Below, one piece after another: positions 19,397-28,821 of a stretch of DNA of 64,000 bases (its first letter is position 1; each line of letters opens with the position of its first letter). Origin of the DNA: Acidobacteriota bacterium (GTDB lineage Bacteria; Acidobacteriota; UBA890; WLXD01); assembly GCA_963666215.2 (NCBI GenBank), contig CAXWPL010000001.1:32001-96000 (forward strand). Direction: 5' to 3'. The position numbers were made by a program, and so were the translations under genes. The notes under the pieces are model-generated. The model had not been told where the DNA came from. It worked only from the letters and a program-made list of their open reading frames with translations, and ran no database searches.

Positions 19397-19954
19397 TCAG
19401 TCGCTGGCCGTAGCCTCCGCTTCGATTTTCTCGAAGAGGCCGAAGATTTCGGCTTCCTGCTCGTCGGTCAGGTAGTGATCGGCGACCAAGAAGAGGATCT
19501 GGTCCTCCTTGAGCAGGTGCTCGAGGACCAGATGGACGATGTAGAGGCCGTACCCCTTCAGCATCTGAGCAGCGAAGTAGCTTTGGTCGCTGCCAGCATC
19601 GCTGCTACGGGCATGTTCGCGGCACTCGTTCAGAGCCTCGCGAAACTTGCCGTGCATGATCTGAAGGTCTTCGTGATCGGCGATTCGACCGTCGAGATTG
19701 AGGTTCTCGTCCACCAGGAAGCGCGACAGCAGCGGGAAGAGCGCCTGCTCTTCTTTGCGATGATGCAGCGCCATCTCATGGTCGATATACGAGGCGACGT
19801 GCTCGATGCGGTCGAGCACGTCGATCGCCGGGCCTTGATCACCCAGCGTGTGGAGCGCGGCCGTCAGCTGTTGCAGCTGATCTTCGATCTGCCGATGCTC
19901 GTGCTTGAGCACGTCGGTCGGGCGTAGCTTGCGGGGTTGCTCGGTGGGCTGCAT
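19397..19954 (-). CDS. hemerythrin (HHE) domain protein
   Basis: EHRQI, HHRKEEQALFP, DHE, HLLKEDQILF. Confidence 0.85.
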   Translation of the reverse strand: MQPTEQPRKLRPTDVLKHEHRQIEDQLQQLTAALHTLGDQGPAIDVLDRIEHVASYIDHEMALHHRKEEQALFPLLSRFLVDENLNLDGRIADHEDLQIMHGKFREALNECREHARSSDAGSDQSYFAAQMLKGYGLYIVHLVLEHLLKEDQILFLVADHYLTDEQEAEIFGLFEKIEAEATASD

Positions 19955-20343
19955 GCCGTACAAGACTTCTGCGCTGAGAAAACTGACGACCGGCATCATC
20001 TCAACGCTCTCGTGCGCTCAGAGTCGCGAGTGGCCGCTGCTGGTCAACAATACCTGAAAGGATTGTCCAGTATAGGTAGCCGCAGGATCGGGCGCAAACG
20101 CTTGTCTGCTCCCGGTTTGGCCGTATCCGGCCCCTTCTGCCAGATGGCTCAACGATGCTGACGACACCGGCACGAGAGTCCGACGCCCCCGCTTGCGTTG
20201 CCTCGTACGGCGGCGGTAGCGTGACGGCGGACATGCCGGAGCCCCTGCGGGCGAAGCCGTGACGACGGGCCCCCGCCGAGGCGTTGGCGGCGCCGGCTCT
20301 CGAGCCCGGGCGACGCTGTCCGCGCGAGCACACGCGAGACGAA

Positions 20344-20835
20344 ATGACGGAAGGCGAACAGAACATGCCACTGTGGCGCGTCGAAGAGGCTGCCGAATAC
20401 CTCGGTATTCGCCCCAAGACGCTCTACGAATGGGTTCGAACGGGGCGGGTGCCCCATCGCAAGTTGGGTTTCAACGTGCGTTTCGATCGCAGTGAGCTCG
20501 AACGCTGGGTGGCTCAGCAGGCAGACGGAGGCCAGCCGAAACGAGCGGCAGGAGGGCGCCCGAGCGCTGGAGGAGGGTCGCCGGGTGCCCGTCGGAGCAC
20601 GGCCGGGGGTCGTTCCGCGTCGGCCGCCGAGTCGAGGAGCGACGCAGCAGAGCCCCTGGTGCCGGATGCCGGTGGTGCAGCGCGAGTTGCAGAGCTTTTT
20701 GCCGCGCTCGACGAGGCCGCACGGCGGCTGCGCTCGCTCGACAAGGAGCTCGGCAGCCATCTCGGTTTTCGCCAGCGAAAAGAGATGCTCGCCACGGTAG
20801 CACGGCTCGAGAAGCTCATCACCAGCGGCGCATGA
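20344..20835 (+). CDS. excisionase-like HTH_17 protein with low-complexity linker and C-terminal helical domain
   Basis: VEEAAEYLGIRPKTLYEWVRTGRVPHRKLGFNVRFDRSELERW. Confidence 0.85.
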   Translation: MTEGEQNMPLWRVEEAAEYLGIRPKTLYEWVRTGRVPHRKLGFNVRFDRSELERWVAQQADGGQPKRAAGGRPSAGGGSPGARRSTAGGRSASAAESRSDAAEPLVPDAGGAARVAELFAALDEAARRLRSLDKELGSHLGFRQRKEMLATVARLEKLITSGA

Positions 20836-20904
20836 CGGTGACTGGCGACGTTCGCTCGCGTCGTACGCGTTGGCGCCCACTCCGTACAGGTTGCCGGCCG
20901 CGCC

Positions 20905-21342
20905 GTGCGTGTTGCCGCGCTCTGCGCACGTGTTGCCGTCGGCCTCGTAGAGGCGTTTCGCGAGATGGCCGCCGCAATGGGCGGTGATGGCGCGGCGGTG
21001 CTCCCGGTATTCGTCTGCGGTCAGAGCTGTGCGGCTCAGTTGCTGCAACTGAAGCTCGGACGCGTACCGCTGGCCGCGGTTGCGGTGCTAGCGGAGTACC
21101 AACGTGCTCGCGATCCGGCCTCCGGTCGGTTCGACGTGTTGCCACTTGCCGATGGCCGGCTACCCGGTTTGCTGTTGAGCGGTTTGACGGTGACCGATCT
21201 GCAGCGTCTCGACGAGGTCGAGCGCGAGGGTACGCGCTGTAATCGCCGCGAGGTGACTGTGCTTCGTCTCAGCGACGGCGAGCGCGTGCCGGCACATGCC
21301 TATCTGGCGGCAACGCCGTCGACTCGCCAGCAGAGCGACTGA
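20905..21342 (+). CDS. possible degenerate gamma-glutamylcyclotransferase-like protein
   Basis: C-terminal GLTVTDLQRLDEVE..RREVTV..GERVPAHAY resembles the GGCT/AIG2 fold; N-terminal YG(S/T)L motif not evident; start uncertain. Confidence 0.45.
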   Translation: MRVAALCARVAVGLVEAFREMAAAMGGDGAAVLPVFVCGQSCAAQLLQLKLGRVPLAAVAVLAEYQRARDPASGRFDVLPLADGRLPGLLLSGLTVTDLQRLDEVEREGTRCNRREVTVLRLSDGERVPAHAYLAATPSTRQQSD

Positions 21343-21344
21343 TC

Positions 21345-22886
21345 TCACTCGGTCCCGGTGGGCCCTCCTCGGGGCGCAGGCGCGGGCGCCGGCTCGGGTA
21401 GAGTCTGCAGTGCCAGCTCACCGGTTTCTGGTAGCCAGTGGAGCCGCAAGTTGGCGACGAGATCGCGACCGATCGTTGCTCGCGGCGCCGCCAGGCCGCC
21501 GCGAGCTGCTCCTTCCAGGTCGGCGCGGCGCCAGTCGACATCGAACCGCAGTCCAGCCAGAAAGGTGGGGAGGGATTCCTGCTCGGCACCATCTTGGTCG
21601 GCGGACTCGAGCTCGAGATCGAGGTCGATGTCCAGGCTGGACGGCCGGGCCAGGTCGAGTAGCGCCGCCACCGGGCGCCCGGCGATGCGCGGCAACAGGA
21701 ACATCTGTACCGCTAGTTCGTTGGCCGCGATCCAAGGTCGTGCGCGATACAGCGACGTCTCGGACGGAAGCGATCTCACCGACTCGGTCGCCCCGGGCCC
21801 GGATTGCGCCTCCGGGGAGAGCACGAGTGTCATTGTGCGCACGTCGAGGCTCCAACGCACCCTCAGCATGTGGTCGGCGGCCAGGATTCCATCGATGTCA
21901 GCGAGGTCCGTGGCCGTCGCAACGTCCGAGTTTCTGAACTCTGCATCATTCTCCAACCGAAAAGGCTCGCCGATCACGAACGGCGCGTCGTTCAGCGAGG
22001 TTGCGCCCAGGCTCAGGTTCGGTATCCGGCCGACAATGAGATCGATATCGAGAGGGGCTTCGAGTTGTGCGCGGCGAGCGTCGGCGGTGCTGCGTTCGGA
22101 GCTGTCCTCCGAGAGCAATCGAGTGAGCGCGATGTTGGCGGCTTGCGCGATCTCCGGGCGAAGGACCGAACGCGCCGCGTCCAGCTGCACCGCGAGACGA
22201 ACCTCGATGCCGCCGATGCGCGCCTGCAGCGTTGGCAATCTGGACGCGCCGGTGCGGAGATCGATTCGTGTCGAGGCTCCGGTCCATCGCGCCATCGGAG
22301 CCGCGGAGCGATCGTTCGCGGCCGCGTTGACCGCACCCAGCGCGGTGACCGCGGAGTTGGCCAGCGCACGACTCGTGCGGCGTGGCTCGAGCCGCGCCCA
22401 GGTCTCCAGGTGCACGCGTGCAGCGGGCGCGTCGCCGCGCTGCAGGTCCATAGCGGCCAACAGCGCACTCGCCGCCGGCGCGGTCGACGGGCGGCTTGCC
22501 GCGTCGGAGGCGAGGGACTGCGCGACCGACCAGTGTCGTTGTGCCGCCTTAGCCATCGCCAGGCCCAGCAGGCCGAGGCCGGCGCCGGCGTCCGCGGCGC
22601 GTCGAAAGTGAGCTTCGGCTTCCATCAGCTCGCCACTGCGCCACAGCGCTAGCCCCAGAAGTCCCTCGTTTGCGGCGCTCGGCACGTTGCGCGCAAGCGG
22701 CTCGGCGTAGCGGAGCGCGTCCCGAACGCGATCCTCATCGAGCGCCTTGAGCGTGACGAAAGCCGACGGCAAAACACCATTCACGGTGCCAACGTGGCTC
22801 GCCGACGAGCAGCCAAGCGTTGCGAGCACGAGCCCCATAACCATACCGTATGGTGCCCTAGATCCGGCCACGTCTCTTCTGCTCAT
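21345..22886 (-). CDS. lipoprotein with TPR-like helices and degenerate retropepsin-like domains
   Basis: Lipobox LATLGC; GLLGLALWRSGELMEAEAHFRRA; ARIGGIEVRLAVQLDAARSVL, IDGILAADHM. Confidence 0.6.
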   Translation of the reverse strand: MSRRDVAGSRAPYGMVMGLVLATLGCSSASHVGTVNGVLPSAFVTLKALDEDRVRDALRYAEPLARNVPSAANEGLLGLALWRSGELMEAEAHFRRAADAGAGLGLLGLAMAKAAQRHWSVAQSLASDAASRPSTAPAASALLAAMDLQRGDAPAARVHLETWARLEPRRTSRALANSAVTALGAVNAAANDRSAAPMARWTGASTRIDLRTGASRLPTLQARIGGIEVRLAVQLDAARSVLRPEIAQAANIALTRLLSEDSSERSTADARRAQLEAPLDIDLIVGRIPNLSLGATSLNDAPFVIGEPFRLENDAEFRNSDVATATDLADIDGILAADHMLRVRWSLDVRTMTLVLSPEAQSGPGATESVRSLPSETSLYRARPWIAANELAVQMFLLPRIAGRPVAALLDLARPSSLDIDLDLELESADQDGAEQESLPTFLAGLRFDVDWRRADLEGAARGGLAAPRATIGRDLVANLRLHWLPETGELALQTLPEPAPAPAPRGGPTGTE

Positions 22887-22931
22887 GCGTCTCTGAATGG
22901 TATAGTTGCTCCTGTTGCGAAGGGAGGCGTA

Positions 22932-23174
22932 TTGAAGATCGACAACTACATCTCACGTTGGCAAGAGTTTCACCAGTGGTCGGTGAGTAATCGGCCGGAC
23001 ATCGTGACCTCCGTGGAAGATCTCGGCGACGAGTTGCGTGAATCGATCAGCGAGTATCGACAGGCGACTGACCCGAATCGGCGGCAAGACCGCATGGAGT
23101 TGATCAAACAGCACTACGACCGTGTGGTCCAGTGGCACATGCGCGAGATCCTTTCCAAGCTGGACGGCGAGTAG
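22932..23174 (+). CDS. small helical hypothetical protein (80 aa)
   Basis: SD AGGGAGG, TTG start, protein-like composition. Confidence 0.7.
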   Translation: MKIDNYISRWQEFHQWSVSNRPDIVTSVEDLGDELRESISEYRQATDPNRRQDRMELIKQHYDRVVQWHMREILSKLDGE

Positions 23175-23223
23175 CCAGCCTGGCCCCAAAAGGCTAATCG
23201 AAGTTCACGCGGGTCCGACTAGT

Positions 23224-24266
23224 TGTGTTTTCTAAGTAGGTTGTTCACATCGGGGCTCACTTCTGAGATCAATGGGGTTGTTCAAAAGACTCCACGACCT
23301 CAGAAGGAGCGCCCGATGCAGCTGCATGGTAACGCCCGCACGACGCCGTATATACGCCGAGAGATGGTCCGCCGAGTCCGGGAGCGGGCGGAGCCCGTGA
23401 CGGAAACGGCGGCGGCGCTCGGCGTGTCGGCTCGAACGGTTTACAAGTGGCTGGATAGATACGAGCGAGAAGGTGAGGCCGGGCTGCTCGATCGATCAAG
23501 CCGGCCGACGTGCTGTCCGCACGCAACAAGCGCTGGAGTTGTGAGGCAGATCGACAAGCTACGTCGGCGGCGACTGACGGCCTGGCAGATCAGCCGAAGG
23601 TTGGCTGTGCCGCGCTCGACCGTCTCGGCGTGGCTGAAGCGGCTCGGACTCGCCAAGCTTGATGCGCTCGAGCCCAAGCCCGAGATCGTTCGCTACGAGT
23701 ACGAGCACCCCGGTGACCTACTGCACCTGGATACGAAGAAACTGGCCCGTATCCGCCGACCTGGACACCGCATCCACGGCGACCGCTCCAAGCGGGCCTA
23801 CGGCGTCGGCTGGGAGAACGCCCACGTCGCTATCGACGATCACTCTCGGGTGGCGTACGTCGAAGTGCTGCCCGCCGAAGACCAACACACCTGCACAGCG
23901 TTCCTGCAGCGAGCCGTCGAGCACTTCGCTTCGATGGGAGTAGCGGTGCGCCGAGTGATGACAGACAACGGGCCTGGCTACGTCTCGAAGCGCTTCAATC
24001 GCCTATGCCATCAACTCGAGATCCGGCACATTTACACCCGGCCCTACACCCCCAGAACCAACGGCAAAGCCGAACGCTTCATCCGCACACTCAAGGAGCA
24101 GTGGGCCTACGGCACCTGCTACCAGACCTCAGCTCGACGTACTCGAGCTCTACGGCCCTGGCTCAACCACTACAATCGTCACCGTCCCCACGCCGGCATC
24201 GGCATGACACCGCCGATCGCTCGGCTCTCAGGGGTGAGTTCGTGAACAACCTACCTAGAACTCACA
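23224..24266 (+). mobile_element. IS481-family element, copy 2 (complete, 1043 bp)
   Basis: TGT...ACA ends; 25-bp terminal inverted repeats with 3 mismatches; flanks ACTAGT and ACTAGG (NCTAGN-type target). Confidence 0.95.
23316..24245 (+). CDS. IS481-family transposase
   Basis: N-terminal HTH, DDE motifs, YNRHRPHAGIGMTPP end; stop codon lies inside the right inverted repeat. Confidence 0.95.
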   Translation: MQLHGNARTTPYIRREMVRRVRERAEPVTETAAALGVSARTVYKWLDRYEREGEAGLLDRSSRPTCCPHATSAGVVRQIDKLRRRRLTAWQISRRLAVPRSTVSAWLKRLGLAKLDALEPKPEIVRYEYEHPGDLLHLDTKKLARIRRPGHRIHGDRSKRAYGVGWENAHVAIDDHSRVAYVEVLPAEDQHTCTAFLQRAVEHFASMGVAVRRVMTDNGPGYVSKRFNRLCHQLEIRHIYTRPYTPRTNGKAERFIRTLKEQWAYGTCYQTSARRTRALRPWLNHYNRHRPHAGIGMTPPIARLSGVSS

Positions 24267-24376
24267 ACTAGGCGGGCCCGTTTCGTGTTTGGCGACCCCT
24301 TCGGCGTCGCGGTCGTCGCACAACGCACCGTGTCGCGACTGCGGAGCATCGGGTCGGCGATACAATGCGCGGCGCG

Positions 24377-25885
24377 ATGAGCGACTCCACCGAGCTGTCC
24401 CGCGACATTCTGCAGAAGGTCTGCCTCCAGGCCTACCCTCGCGATCAAGTCCTGGAGCCTGTGCTCGCCGACTTCGTCGACGTCGCCAAGCAGATCACGG
24501 GAAGCGACTACGGAAGCATCTTCGTGATGGAGCGGGAGGAGAAGGAGGTGCGGCTCGTCGCCCACCGCGAGGAGGGCGAGTTGCTCGCCGACTTGCCCAA
24601 CCTTCTCGAGCTCGATACGGAGTCGCCCGGCATTATCACGTGGGTCTATCTGAACAATCAGACCTACATGAGCAACGACGTCAGCCAGGATCCGTACTAC
24701 TTCCCGGCGTTCAAGGATGTTCAGGCCGATCTCGTGGTGCCGATCCGCCTCCAGGGCGAGGCGATTGGCGTTCTCTCGGTGGAGTCGCGCGAGCTAGACC
24801 ACTATTCCGATGAGCACCGAGACCGGCTAGAAGAGTTCGCCGAGGCGATCTCGCTGGTCATCGCACGGCTGTGGCTGTCGCGCTACTCGCAGCGTCGCGG
24901 TTACAACGTCGAGATCGTCGGTGTCTCCGAGCCAATTCGACGCATCGAGGCGCTGGTCAAGCGAGTGGCTCCAACTCGAGAGCCGGTGCTGCTCACAGGC
25001 GAGAGCGGGGTGGGTAAGGAGCTGCTGGCCCACGCGATCCATTACTTCTCGCCGCGGCGCGACCGCGACATGATGATTGTGAATTGCGGGGCTTTTGCCG
25101 ACGAGCTGCTCGCCTCCGAGCTGTTTGGCCACGTCAAGGGGTCGTTCACGGGCGCCCACCGCGACAGATCGGGGCAGATGGAGCTGGCCGACGGAGGCAC
25201 GTTGTTTCTCGACGAGGTCGAGTCGATGACGCCGCGGCTGCAGGTCATGTTGCTGCGTGCGCTCGAGTACGGCGAGGTGCAAAAGGTAGGCGAGGACAGA
25301 CGCTCGCGGCGTGTTGATGTCCGCATCATCGCGGCCAGCAATCAGGATCTGCGTGAGCTGGTGGCAGAGGGCACCTTCCGTGAAGATCTCTACTATCGCT
25401 TCGACGTCTTCGGCATTCGAGTGCCAGCGCTGCGCGAGCGGCGCGAGGACATTCCGCTTCTCGCTCGACACTTTCTGGTCAAGTTCATCGAGGAGAACGG
25501 TGGAGGGCCCACGGACTACACCCGTGAGGCAGGGGCAGCAATGAAGATGTATGGCTGGCCGGGCAACGTGCGCGAGTTGCGCAACGCGGTGCGGCGTGCC
25601 GCCGTGCTCGCCGAAGGCGTCGAGTTCGGCATCGATGATCTTCCGCCGGGCATCGCATCGTCGATCAACGACAGCTCGATGGCCGCCGCCACCTACGCGG
25701 AAGACACGCCGATCGACGACGCGGTCCTACGGCTCGATCTCGTGGTGGCGGGACACCTTCGCCGCGTGCTCGAGCATGTCGACGGCAACAAGAGCCGCGC
25801 TGCCGAGGTGCTCGGCATCCCGCGCACGTCGCTCTATCACAAGCTGCGGAAGTACGGCATCGATGTTCCGGAGGCCGCGGCCTAG
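24377..25885 (+). CDS. GAF-domain sigma54 enhancer-binding protein (GAF-AAA+-Fis HTH)
   Basis: GAF domain (NDVSQDPYY, VPIRLQGEAIGVLSVES); GESGVGKE, ELFGHVKGSFTGA, FLDEV, WPGNVRELRN, GNKSRAAEVLGI. Confidence 0.93.
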   Translation: MSDSTELSRDILQKVCLQAYPRDQVLEPVLADFVDVAKQITGSDYGSIFVMEREEKEVRLVAHREEGELLADLPNLLELDTESPGIITWVYLNNQTYMSNDVSQDPYYFPAFKDVQADLVVPIRLQGEAIGVLSVESRELDHYSDEHRDRLEEFAEAISLVIARLWLSRYSQRRGYNVEIVGVSEPIRRIEALVKRVAPTREPVLLTGESGVGKELLAHAIHYFSPRRDRDMMIVNCGAFADELLASELFGHVKGSFTGAHRDRSGQMELADGGTLFLDEVESMTPRLQVMLLRALEYGEVQKVGEDRRSRRVDVRIIAASNQDLRELVAEGTFREDLYYRFDVFGIRVPALRERREDIPLLARHFLVKFIEENGGGPTDYTREAGAAMKMYGWPGNVRELRNAVRRAAVLAEGVEFGIDDLPPGIASSINDSSMAAATYAEDTPIDDAVLRLDLVVAGHLRRVLEHVDGNKSRAAEVLGIPRTSLYHKLRKYGIDVPEAAA

Positions 25886-26155
25886 GATCCCTCGGCTGCC
25901 GTCGTCGTCATGCGGTCGTCGACGTTATACGGTCGTCCCCATGCGGTCGTCGCGCGCACCTTACTGCGGCATTGTGGCCTGTCGAGTCCACTGGAGCCCG
26001 GTGCGACCGCGGGTCGCCGGTTACTGCGAGCCTGTTGGCAGCTCTTTCCATGCTTCGAAAGATGGGCGCAATCGTGCTCGGCGGCGCCTTTCTCGCCACC
26101 CTTGACTGATACTCGCGGTCGCTCGTCGTCTGCCGTGGGGTGGATTCCTGGCAAT

Positions 26156-26171
26156 TGGCACGCAGCTTGCT
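26156..26171 (+). promoter_or_regulatory. sigma54 (-24/-12) promoter
   Basis: TGGCACGCAGCTTGCT, a consensus match 270 bp downstream of the bEBP gene. Confidence 0.8.
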
Positions 26172-26181
26172 CTGTGTATCT

Positions 26182-26330
26182 GACGTACGACGGAGACGGA
26201 ACGGTCGGGCATCGACCGGGCTGGCTTCTAGCCGGGATGAATGTCGGACGGAAGGGGAAACAGGGGACCCTCGCTCTGACCCGGTGAAGAGGCTGGCCCG
26301 GCCGGTGCCTGATTTGCGTGTGCGCCCGTC
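26182..26330 (+). ncRNA. candidate sigma54-dependent GGA-rich small RNA (3' end undefined)
   Basis: No credible + strand CDS between the promoter and the convergent gene; 7 GGA motifs in ~76 nt and two hairpins. Confidence 0.45.
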
Positions 26331-26439
26331 GCCGCGCCGATCGGCTCTAGCGCCCAATAATGACCCGATCGCGACATGGGGGCTCGCCACCGCGCCACAC
26401 CGCGCGGTCTCCAATGCCGTCCGAGTTTGCGGACGACGA

Positions 26440-27345
26440 TCAGAATTCGATCGACACCATGCCGCCCACGCGGCGGAGTGCGAAAAGCCGATCGAGGAAG
26501 CCACCGTCCGTTTGCGTCAGGGCGCGGAACTCGCGGAAATCGAGCCGGATAGCCATATGATCGCTCACGTAGTAGCGCACGCCGAACCCCAGCGCCAACA
26601 GCGGCCCGCGCTCGACCTCGTCTCCGAGCTCGATCCCGAAAATTTCGAGCTCTTCCTGAACCGCGGCTTGAAGGTCGATCTCGGCGTGATAGAAGCCGCC
26701 ACCGATCGCGAGGTAGGGTGCCATCTTCGCCGAGCGCGCACCCGATTGCAGAATCACGCTGAGTAGCCCGTGATACACACGGCCGCTGGGGCCGAAGGTG
26801 GCAGCGCCCTCGAGCTCCAAACCGAGCGCGGCTGTCGTGGGCCGGAAGTAGGCCAGCGTCGCACCCACCTGGCCCGAGGAAGAACCGACGAGCTGGGCCG
26901 CGCCGAAGAGGTTGAGCTGGAAGCCGCCGACGCGATCGAGCGTGGGTCGGTTGCCGTCCGTCAGCACCTGCTGAGCTCGACTGGCTGATGGTGCCAGGTC
27001 AAGCGATTCCCTGATGGCGATAGGCCGGATTCTGAACACCACGGGCGCCACAGGCACGCCCGCCGCTGCGGTCGTGTCGCCGCGTCGCGTCGCGTCGCCG
27101 ATATCGCCGATCGCAACCAGCGAGGGCAGGCGGAATCCGCCAACGGCCCCAACGATTCGAGCGAGGCCGGAAGGATTCTCGGGTGCTGCGTCGCGCACGG
27201 CGGACGCGGCAATCGGCTCGTTGCCCTCCCACTCGCCAACATCTTGGGCCCACGCTGGCGTGGCCACGCTCGCACCGGCGATGACCGTCAGCGCGACCGC
27301 GACCAGCGGCACGAGTCTGCCCACGCTGTGGCCTGAGCGAGTCAT
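26440..27345 (-). CDS. exported protein with C-terminal outer-membrane beta-barrel
   Basis: Signal peptide ending AWAQ; APYLAIGGG, GFGVRYYV, IRLDFRE; terminal Phe. Confidence 0.72.
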   Translation of the reverse strand: MTRSGHSVGRLVPLVAVALTVIAGASVATPAWAQDVGEWEGNEPIAASAVRDAAPENPSGLARIVGAVGGFRLPSLVAIGDIGDATRRGDTTAAAGVPVAPVVFRIRPIAIRESLDLAPSASRAQQVLTDGNRPTLDRVGGFQLNLFGAAQLVGSSSGQVGATLAYFRPTTAALGLELEGAATFGPSGRVYHGLLSVILQSGARSAKMAPYLAIGGGFYHAEIDLQAAVQEELEIFGIELGDEVERGPLLALGFGVRYYVSDHMAIRLDFREFRALTQTDGGFLDRLFALRRVGGMVSIEF

Positions 27346-28265
27346 CAAAAGAGCACCGCGCTTCCGGTGGGAAAGTCAGCCGTGCGGTTGATCAGTGTGA
27401 TGATCTCTCCGCCCCGCAGGCCAGCGGGCAGGAAACCCTCCAGAACGATGAGCTGCGAGCGCGTGGCGACATCCTCGAAGCGTCCTTCCAGCGAAACGGT
27501 GATGCGCGTTCCGGAGAGGTCGAGCGGGAAGATCAGGCTGGAACCCTCGGGGGGGTTGATCAGGAAATCTTCGCCTGGAGCCTGGGGAGCCGGATCGACA
27601 CCGCTGAAGGAGTTGATCGTGTCGGGCATTTCGGGATCTTCGAAACGTCCTAGCGTCAGGGTTTCGCCGGCCGTGTCGATGAACAACTCATAGGTCAGTT
27701 GCTGCGTCGGGGCGGGCAAGGACAGCGACGGATCGCCTGCGGAGTCCACGAACCAGAAGCCAGAGCTCTCGTTGCTATCGGGACCGTTCGTGGGTGTAAA
27801 GATGCGTACGCTGCCGTTGCCGCTAGCGATTTCGCCAGGGAAGGGCACCGAGAGCGGGGCGACATTGTTGACGAATGCTCCCGAGAGAATCTGAAAAGAG
27901 GAGGGACCCTCCACCTGTCGCCCAATGGGCTCGAACGTAACGAGCACTCCCAGTGCGTCGCCGGCATTGAAGGTGGTGGCCTCGAATTGTTGGAACGGCT
28001 GCCCGTCGAGGTCCACGATCTGCCCGGCGGCGTCGACGTTGAACGGGCCGAGAGGCTCGGTGCGATTGCGCTCGAATACCGCCCACGCGTGGTAGGTGCC
28101 CTCGTTTACTGTCAGCGGCACGAGCCCCGTAACGCGCAGCAGCACGCCGCGCACCTCGCCGGTGGCTCGCACCAACGGACTGAACTCAGTGGGTGTGCCG
28201 CCGCAGGCCATTGCAGAAAAGAGCAAGGCCGCGGCCGCGATGGTTGCTATGAGCGAGCGTTTCAT
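27345..28265 (-). CDS. hypothetical lipoprotein
   Basis: MKR, hydrophobic stretch and AMAC lipobox; acidic, beta-rich body. Confidence 0.75.
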   Translation of the reverse strand: MKRSLIATIAAAALLFSAMACGGTPTEFSPLVRATGEVRGVLLRVTGLVPLTVNEGTYHAWAVFERNRTEPLGPFNVDAAGQIVDLDGQPFQQFEATTFNAGDALGVLVTFEPIGRQVEGPSSFQILSGAFVNNVAPLSVPFPGEIASGNGSVRIFTPTNGPDSNESSGFWFVDSAGDPSLSLPAPTQQLTYELFIDTAGETLTLGRFEDPEMPDTINSFSGVDPAPQAPGEDFLINPPEGSSLIFPLDLSGTRITVSLEGRFEDVATRSQLIVLEGFLPAGLRGGEIITLINRTADFPTGSAVLF

Positions 28266-28317
28266 CCGTCCGCGTCCAGGGCGTCCAGGCGATAGCGAGG
28301 AGAGTAGTTTTTCGACG

Positions 28318-28701
28318 TCAAGCGTTGTTTGTGGCAGCGTGACGCTCGAGTTCTTCGAGCATCAGCCAGTACAGCGCCTCGTGGTCCGACTGTCCCTGCT
28401 CCAGCCCCTTGCTCCAAGCCTTCAGGACACGCTCGTGGGAGACGCCGTAGTCGGCGAGCCAGCGGCGTGCGTCGTACCAGGTTGGCAGCCACGTGAACCC
28501 CTCTCGGAGCGCGTCCGCGCCGCCTGCGATCGTCTCTAGTGCGTTGCGACTGGTCATGAGGTGGACGCTCGCCTGAAAAGGCGAGCCCGCCTTCACAACG
28601 CCGTCGATGTCGAATACGAAATGCCCTGGCTGCGGCTGCCACTGCAGTCCGGCACCACGCAGCCTGCTGGCAAGTTGGATCTCGGACTCGGTGAAGCGCA
28701 T
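28318..28701 (-). CDS. hypothetical protein
   Basis: SD GGGAGG; GLQWQPQPGHF and TWLPTW pattern; co-oriented with neighbours. Confidence 0.72.
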   Translation of the reverse strand: MRFTESEIQLASRLRGAGLQWQPQPGHFVFDIDGVVKAGSPFQASVHLMTSRNALETIAGGADALREGFTWLPTWYDARRWLADYGVSHERVLKAWSKGLEQGQSDHEALYWLMLEELERHAATNNA

Positions 28702-28821
28702 TGTCGATCCCTCCCGCGCCGCGTGATTGTAGCAGCAGCGAGGGCCGTGACTCTGCTCCGTCTGTTACCGCATCGGCGTCATAGGTCGATCGCGCCTCAT
28801 ACCGAGCACGAGGTGCTATGG

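Noticed and set aside
20052-20063. 12-mer ACCTGAAAGGAT also present at 53694-53705
   Set aside because: Isolated 12-bp matches are expected by chance in 64 kb and the flanks are unrelated
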